Positions 15,001 to 24,000 of a stretch of DNA of 34,953 nt are shown in pieces; position 1 is the stretch's first letter, and every line of letters begins with the position of its first letter. Position numbers and translations under genes: made by a program. The notes beneath the pieces were generated by a model. It was not told the DNA's origin. It saw only the letters and a list, made by a program, of their open reading frames with translations, and made no database searches. Source of the DNA: Proteromonas lacertae (taxonomy: Eukaryota); the NCBI GenBank assembly GCA_002245135.1, contig NGBS01000026.1:62001-96953 (forward strand), read 5' to 3'.

Positions 15001-18000
15001 ACCATCTGTAGATAGAGAAATTACAAAACAATGTGAGGTGAAATTAACAACAATACAAGAAGGTGTATTTTTAAATACAACAATGTTGTTTATACAGTAT
15101 TCAGAAGATAGAATAGTGAATATCTCAATTCCAAATTATCAAGTGAGAAAAACATGGAATGTAGGTTTAAATATAAGTAATTGGGAAGAAGAAATATGTG
15201 AAAAAGATGGAAGAGAGAATAATGATTATTATTGCTTACCATCATTTAGATTTGAAGATTATAAAGAATCAGAATTCTATTCAGGTGGATTTAAAGTAAT
15301 TATCACATACAATAATCATCATGGTAAATATCCTAAAATACAGAATACTTCAATTAGTGATAGTATTAATATGAATGTAAAAGAGTTGAGTGAATATTAT
15401 CCAGTAAAGCATAGAGTATATAATGAAGGAAATGAAATAGAAGGTAAGTTTAGATTATCATTTGAAAATAAAGAAACTAATGATATAGAGTATAACATAA
15501 CAAATGTAGAACAATTCCAATTATCCATACAATCAGCTCTTAATAAATTGTTTAATGATGATGAAAATAATCAAATTACTGTTAAATGTAATGATAAAAC
15601 GATTGATTCAGCTAATGGAATTACATGTACAATAATATTTGAAGGAGAATTAGTGAGTGGAGATGTTCCAATGATAATAAGTAATACAAATAATCTGAAA
15701 GGATCAAATACACAATTATTGGTGTTAGAAACAGTGAAAGGAGGAAGTTATGTAGGAGAATATTCATTGAAATATGAAAATAGAATAGTGAAATTCAATG
15801 TAGAAGATACAGAAGAAGAAATAAAAGAAAAATTAGGAAGACTGTATAATGTAAATGGTATTGATAATACATTTTATATAAATATAACAAAAATAAAACC
15901 ATATGGAATTAATAGAAGAATAATTACTATAGATTTTAACAATAATTATATGCTAAAAGAAAATGATAATTATTATTACAGATGGAATAAATTAACAAAA
16001 TATTATTCAAAAACACCATCAGTTTATACTTATCCAGTTTATACATCATCTAATAGAAGTAGTATTGTTAGTACAAAATTATTATCAACAGGTAAAAATC
16101 ATCTAAATGGATTATTCACCATAACATTTAATACAAATGAATGTCAGAGATGTAGTAGAAAATTAAGTCTTACAACAATTCCATTATCATTTGATTCTAA
16201 AGCAGAAGAAGTTAAATATGCACTAGAAAAACTAGAAACAATAGGAGAAGTGAAAGTTGAGAGACATTTGAATAGTATTTTCACTGGAAGTTATACTTGG
16301 AAAATAACAATTATTAGAGATGGATATAAGTCATTATCTACAGGTTATTTAGGAATTAATTCATTTATTGTTGATTCACATAATTTAGAATCATTAACAA
16401 ATGTAACAGTTACAAAAGTTGATGAAGGAAATGCAATTTATGGTAATATTCATGTAAACATAGGAAATGATAGTAAATGTATATTTGATATTAATAATGA
16501 TGAAAGTGATTTAGAAAAAGTAGAAGATACAATTTTGAAGAATTGCTAAAGTTATTGAAGGAGTTCATGTAGAGAAAGATAATTTGAATGATATATATGG
16601 AGAATATGAATGGTATATAACATTTACTAAGAGAAATGACATGATTCCAACTGGTGTTGGTAATTTTGATCAGTTAAGTTGTAGTTATGATAGTAGTAAT
16701 AATGATGATTTAGTGAAGTTATCAGAAAGTGATTTTATTTGTAATATAAATACAATTGTAAAAGGATCAAAACCATTAGAAGGAGATATTCATTTGAAGA
16801 TTAATACTGAAAATGAATCAAATGATGAGAATTTAAAAATTGCTTTATTGAAGAGCAAACCAGAGGAAATAGAAGAAAAAATAATAAAGAGATTTGAAAA
16901 TTCATCCTATTCATTAGCTGTAATAGTCACAAAGATTGGAAATGGATGGGATAATTTACCAGTAAAAGAAGGTAAAGGAGGATATAGAATATTCATTAGA
17001 TTATTAAGACAACCAGGTGTAAGTCCATCTAATTATGCTTATCCATATGGTAGTTGTAGTAAAGATCCTAAATTGGTATTAACAACTGATAAAAAGGAAA
17101 TTTCAATCTATCAATATCGTCAATCAGTGTGTAGTAAAGAATTCAATTCAAAATGTGAATTAAGAACATCTTATAATAATCATGAATCAACAATTCCAAC
17201 ATATTACTTATATGATAATTCTCAATATATTATTGATAGTATAGACAGTTTAGATACAATAGGAAAAGTAGAAATAAGAAATCCAAGTAGTGCTTTTACA
17301 AAGGAAGTTAAAGAATGTTTATATAACAATGGAAAGAGATTCAAACATTGGATATTTAACAACTGATTCATTACCAATAACAGATTATATTTCACAGTCA
17401 ATGGTAGGAAGTAAAGTAAGAATAGGTGGTGGTAGTAATGAAGGAGAAAATGTAAAGACAATTGATGAAAATGGTAATATATTAATTAGTAAAAATTCAC
17501 AATGTAATGGATATGATAATAAAGTGACAATTGATCCAAATTATCGTAAATTTATATCCAAAGAGAGTGAAGTATTAATTCATGGTTCAATATTCAAAGT
17601 CATAAATGATTATACACCCTATTTAGTATTGAATATAAGCAAAGTCAATGTTATTGGTTTTAGATATAAATGGTAATGATACAGGTTGTATTAATAAACC
17701 AAATGATCATATTGTTGTTGGAAAAGCAATGATTAATTCATTATTTAATGGAAAAGATATTCATTTAACTATCAATATAGAATGAAAATGATGTAGAATA
17801 TACTATATATTTTGTTGATCCATTATTCAGTGTTGATGAATTGAATGATATTAGTTCCGTTATTAGAAGTATACCAATGTTCAAATGTTGTAGAAGAAAT
17901 TTCTGATATAGTAATACCAACTGTATTAACATTCAATTTAATATCAATAAATGAAGATACAATAATTGGTTTTACCTATAATAGTACAGAAACAAACTGT

Positions 18001-21000
18001 ATTGCAATTAAAGATGAAGATAATATGAAAAAAGAATTACTTGACTTGTTAAGTGTTGAAGAAGAAGATTTAGTAATAGAAATATCAATTACATACGCTT
18101 CAATATCAGTATTACAAATAACATTTATATCTCTAAATGAAAATGATGAATTATACTTTGAAAAATTAGAACTACATAAATGTATGGATGTTAAGAAATA
18201 TAATAGAGAATTGGTTTATTTAGAAGCTGAAAATGTTCCAAATAGATTTATGATAAAGAAAAATGATGTAGAAAGTAGTTGCATTGAGTCATTTATTACA
18301 GCCAAATCAGTATTGAGTTATTATTTCAAGATTCCTGAAAGTAATATATATTATAATTACAATTCATTAGGAGAATTGAAAATAGCATTAAAAAGTGAAG
18401 ATGAAGAATTGAATGATCTATATGTAGTGAGTTGTTATCGTAATAATGAGGAGGAAGATGTAAATGAGATAAAATTCAATATAACTAAAGATGTTATGTT
18501 TAGTATTTATGAATTTAACATTCAATCGATCTCAGATGATATTACAATTGGTTATTATCCAAATGTTACAGATAGAATATTACCAGTGACAATAAATGAA
18601 CAATTAAGTGAGTTGATTGATAGTAATGAATTAGAAAATATATTATATGATGTATCTAGTAATGATAAGAGATATTTATTAATTAATAACTTTACATTAG
18701 ACTCAGAGATAAATATCTTACCATATCCTTATATTGTATCAACAATAATGAATAAAGAAAGCCATTCTAAGAATATAAAATTGAAAATAATAGAAGAACA
18801 AAAAGATTTGATAAGTTTCGAATATAATAACAAAAATACAGATTGTATATCCTTAAAAGCTGAAAATAGAAGTCTAATACAAAATAGTTTGAGAAAGCTA
18901 TTTGATTTACCATCAATAATTGTTTATTATGATAATGGTAATGTGATTTTAGTTGATGATGAAGTTAATTCTATTAATGTGGAAGATATTGTCATACATT
19001 CTTGTGTATACTACAAAACTAATAATGATAATGAAATAACATTTACATTGAAAGCAAATACAAGTATAAGAAGATTAGGTAGTAATAAATCAACTACTTG
19101 TAATGCGACTAAAGATGAAATAGAGAATATATTTGATGATGAAATTCTAAAAGAAGTTAAAAGGGATAATAATAATATTGTTACTATTATATTCAATGAT
19201 ATACCTGATGATTTATATATAGTCAATGAATATTGTGTTACTCTAAAGAATAAAGAATTGACAGAATTAGATTATTATGATGAGAATAGAAATAATGTTG
19301 AATTGAATGATATTTGTCCATTAGATACATTAAAATTAGTAATAACATCAGATAAAAATATCACATCATTCAATATTGATGGAAAGTGTATTAATATGAA
19401 TGAAATTGAAACTGAACCAATAATAACTAATAATAAACTAATAGAAGCATTAAAACAGAAAATCAGTATTGTGAAAATAAGTAATAGTGAAATTCGTATT
19501 TATTATGTTGATAGTGATTGTTATGGAAAAGAAAAAGATGTTTGTAATGTTACTCATAATATTACTGGTTATAGTAGAGAAGATTGTAATAATAATATAG
19601 ATAAAATAACTCAATCTTGGAGTGGTGATTATAAGACAAAGAATATAATATCATCATCATCTTGTCCATTAACTTCCACAACATTTGATATGTACAAAAT
19701 AACTCCAACTTTTACAATTGAAAGTATTGATAAATCTGATAGAAGAATTACATTTAAAGAAAAGTTTTTAAGTGCAAATATATATTATCATTTGCCAATC
19801 TATATAGAAACAGGTTATAGTTATCCAGTTCAATACTTAACCAATTTAGGAGATATAGAGAATATTGTGGCAAAATTAACTTGTAATAGTAATAATGATG
19901 TGTATTATCCAACAGTGACTGAATTAGTAAAAGGAAATTTACCAACAAATTATACAATAACTAACTTATTAACAGGTTATGAATATTATGTAAGAGTAGC
20001 AGTTGGTACAATGAATGAAGATGGTATTATTAAGGTAAGTGAATATCAGAAGAATCCATTAGTTGATATACCAATGGGAGTTCCAGAACCACCAATTGAA
20101 GTAAAAGCTGAACCATCGAAATATGTGAATGAAATTCAGACAATAACAACAGCCTCAAAACATATACTAGATATTCAAAGATTGATAGTAAAAGCTCCAA
20201 TCTACAATGAAATATATGCAATTCATACATATGCTGATTATGGTAGTGAATGTGATGGATTTAATGTAGAAATAGAATATATGTCATTAAATGAAACAGA
20301 AGTTAAATTATCAACTAAATATTCATTTATCAAATTAGATTTATATGGATTAGAAGAAAATACTTTACCGAAAGGATGTATAAATATTGATAATGAATGT
20401 GTTGATATAAATGATCCAGAAGCATTAATAGATAGTATGAATGATACAGACATTATTATAATAAGATTAAATTATACAAATCATGTTATATTAGTGTTTA
20501 CATATGAATTAAGTGAGTTATTACCAAAAATTACACTCAATCCATCAAAAATAGAATATAATATCAATAAGTCAATAATTGTAAATTATACATCAACAGT
20601 AGGATATTTAGAATCAAATATATCAAGTATGGAATTACAGAGAATAATTAGAATGTATCCATCCTTAGAGAATGTGAATGTGACTAGAAGTGGAACTGAT
20701 TTACAAGGAGGTTATTATTGGACAATTACTTATGATAAAAATAGTGAAGATACTCAACCATTTACATGTTCTGCAAATAGCATTAATAATAAGAAGAATG
20801 ATAAATATTGTGAAGTATTGAAAGTAGCTGATAAGAATACAATATCTGGTACTTTAGATTTATCAATGAATGGATTATCATGTAATAAACCATTGAATTA
20901 TCCACCAAGTGTAGAAGAATTACAATCTTGTTGGGATAATTACAATATTGATGTTGAAGTAGTAATTGGTCCAGATTCAGTAAAGAGTTATGTTTGGGAT

Positions 21001-24000
21001 ATTACATTCACAAACTTGTTTGGTAATTTACCATTAATAAAATTAGATAATCAATTAATAGGAAAAGAAGTTGAATGTTATGTAGAGAAAGTACAGAATG
21101 GTAATAAGATTGGAGGAACATTTGCATTATCATTAGAAGGTGAAACAACATTACCAATACCATATGATGCTACAGCCAATGAAATGAAAGCAATTTTAGA
21201 ACAGCTAAATAATATAGAGAAAATAGAAGTATCTCAAACCACAAAACCAGATGATGAAGGTGGCAGAACATGGGAAATTACATTTACAGATCCAAAACAA
21301 TCGCCAAAAGATGTTGAGTTATTAGTTGCTGATATTACAAAATTAGAAGGAATATATAGTACAGTTTATTGTGAAGAAAAAGTAAAAGGATCTTTACACA
21401 GTGGTAAATCATTAGCTGTTAGTTATAAAGCTCCAATGAATGACAATGGTGCAAGAATTACACAATATAATGTTTATTATGATATAACTGAAGAATATAA
21501 TACTGATAGATTCAGAATGGATGTATTCACATATTCTCAATATTTGATTCGTAATCAGATAATTGAACTTATTCCTGTTAATAATAATAAGAGAAGATTA
21601 ATTTCAACAGAAACTTCAACTTGTGGTAGTAGTGTAAATGATGTATTTACAATTAGATATGGTAATAGATTAAGTAAACCAATGATATTCAATATTGAAG
21701 AAGATGAATTAAAACAAGAATTAGAAAGTATTGAAGGAATTAATATTGTGTCAGTTAAACGTGTTGAATCAAATGAGAAAGTTGAAATATGTAAAGTGAA
21801 ATATTCAAATGGAAAATTTGAAATTGTTAATAACACTAAGAAGGTTGATTTATCTATATATATAGAAGTTTATGTGGATGAAAAATCAGTCTGTGTTGAT
21901 GATAAGAACGAATTAACTAATTGTCATAATTATTATTTCAAAGACAATAATAATGATGAATTATCTGTAAAAGTACCAATTGGATATGAATGGGATATAA
22001 AACTAATCAATGTAGATGAATATAAGCCAATATCTATAGCATCAACAACAATTAATAAAGACATTTGTTCACTAACAGTAAGAGGTCCAAATTGTGATAA
22101 ATGTATTTATATTAATGATATAGAAATGGGATTACCATATTATGTAAAAATGACATCAGTCAATTCAGAAGGTGAAAGTACATCATTTACAACATCAATA
22201 GATGGATTTTATCCAGTCAAACCTCATCAATTACCAGATGCACCTAATAATGTTGTTGTGAAAGTTGTTAGTAATAGTGAATTAGAAGTGTATTGGGATC
22301 CGCCAGCTTGTAATGGAGGTGAAGAAATTATTGAATATTGGGTAGAAGTATCAACAAGTGCTGATTTCTCTAGTATAGAAAGATTTAGGGTTGAATCTAA
22401 AGGAAATGTATTACATAGTCATTTATTAACTAATTTACAAAGTAATGTTGTTTATTATGTTAGAGTTGCTGCTAATAATGGTGTAGAAGCTGATATAATT
22501 GATGAAGAAACTCATGAAACTAATATAAATTGGTCATATGCTGATCCAGTTGCACCTGATATTGTGTTACCATCAGCACCTCAATATGTGAATATTACAT
22601 TATTAGATTCTTCATCATTGAGAGTAATAATTGGTGGATCTTTAAGATATGGAGGTGCAAAATTGAATTCATTCTTAATCTATGTATCAGATTCACCACA
22701 GTATGATTCATTAGTTTATAATAAGACATTTAAAACTAGTAAGAAGTTTATAAACAGTAATAATGGTGTTGAACAGTATTATTATGATGTTACAGATTTG
22801 AAACTTGGTGAAAGATATTATGTTAAAGTTAGTACATTAACAGACGATAAATTATACAGTCAATTCACTGATTCTACTCCATTATCATTAGTAATAAGTG
22901 AAATTCCTTTACCACCAACAATTATAGATGTTAGAACAGCAGCTAAAGTGAAAGAAATTCCAATTACAGATATTGAAATTAAATGGATTCCTCCAAGTAA
23001 TATTATACCAGAAGCACCATTAGAAGGATATAGTGTTTATTATTGGAGTAAAGATGAAAATATTATTCCAAGTGTTCATACTCTTACATTCACTAATCTT
23101 GGTGTTACAAATGGATTAACTACTTTTATCTTAGTTTACTATAAATCAGGTAGTGTAAAAGATAATATTCCAGTTCAAATAGATGTTAATAAAGACTCTG
23201 ATTATACAATGAGATACAAAATACTATCAGCAGTTGATTTTATTCAGGATATAAGTGTAATAAAGAAGATAGAAAATTCAACCACAACTATTGTTAGATT
23301 AGAATATATATCTGATTATATAGTAAGAGATATTACCTGGATTACTCCTCAATCGTTTATATATTCAATAAAATTTGATAAATCAACTGGAAGAAATTCA
23401 ATTGGCTATAATGAAGTTCAATATTTATCAATAACAGGATATGGATTTATTAGACCTTATTTAAGAGTGATGAATGAAGAAAATGAAGATGAGGATAATA
23501 AGTATAATAATCAATATGGATCATATTATGAGCAAACAGAAATATGCGGTAATAATGAAGCAGTTAGATTAGAATATGCAATAGAAAGTATACCTGAAAT
23601 AGGAAAAGTGAATGTAGAAGTTGTAAATGAAGAAAGTGTGAATAATAAAGTATGTACATTTTTAATAACATTCTTATCAACTTATGATAATATTAATGCA
23701 TTACAATTTGATAAAGATGATTCAATTACTTTAAGAACATGTGATGGTTCATATAACATTGATAATTGTGAAAATGCTAAAGTACAACCAGGTCAAATAC
23801 CAACAGGATATAACTATGTCAATAATATTATTAGTAATAATACTTTCTACAGATTAGTTAACCTGAAGAGTGGACATAATTACGAAATTGTGATGTTAAG
23901 TTATAATAGATTAGGATATAGTAAAATGTCAAACAGAATGAGTATTTATATACCAAGTATCATTACCTAAACCACCAAGAAATGTAGAAATTAGTTATAG

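Noticed and set aside
23957..24000. 44-nt GT...AG intron that would also restore the frame
   Set aside because: It would delete LPKPPRNVEIS, the conserved first strand of an FN3 domain. Two single-base insertions fit better.
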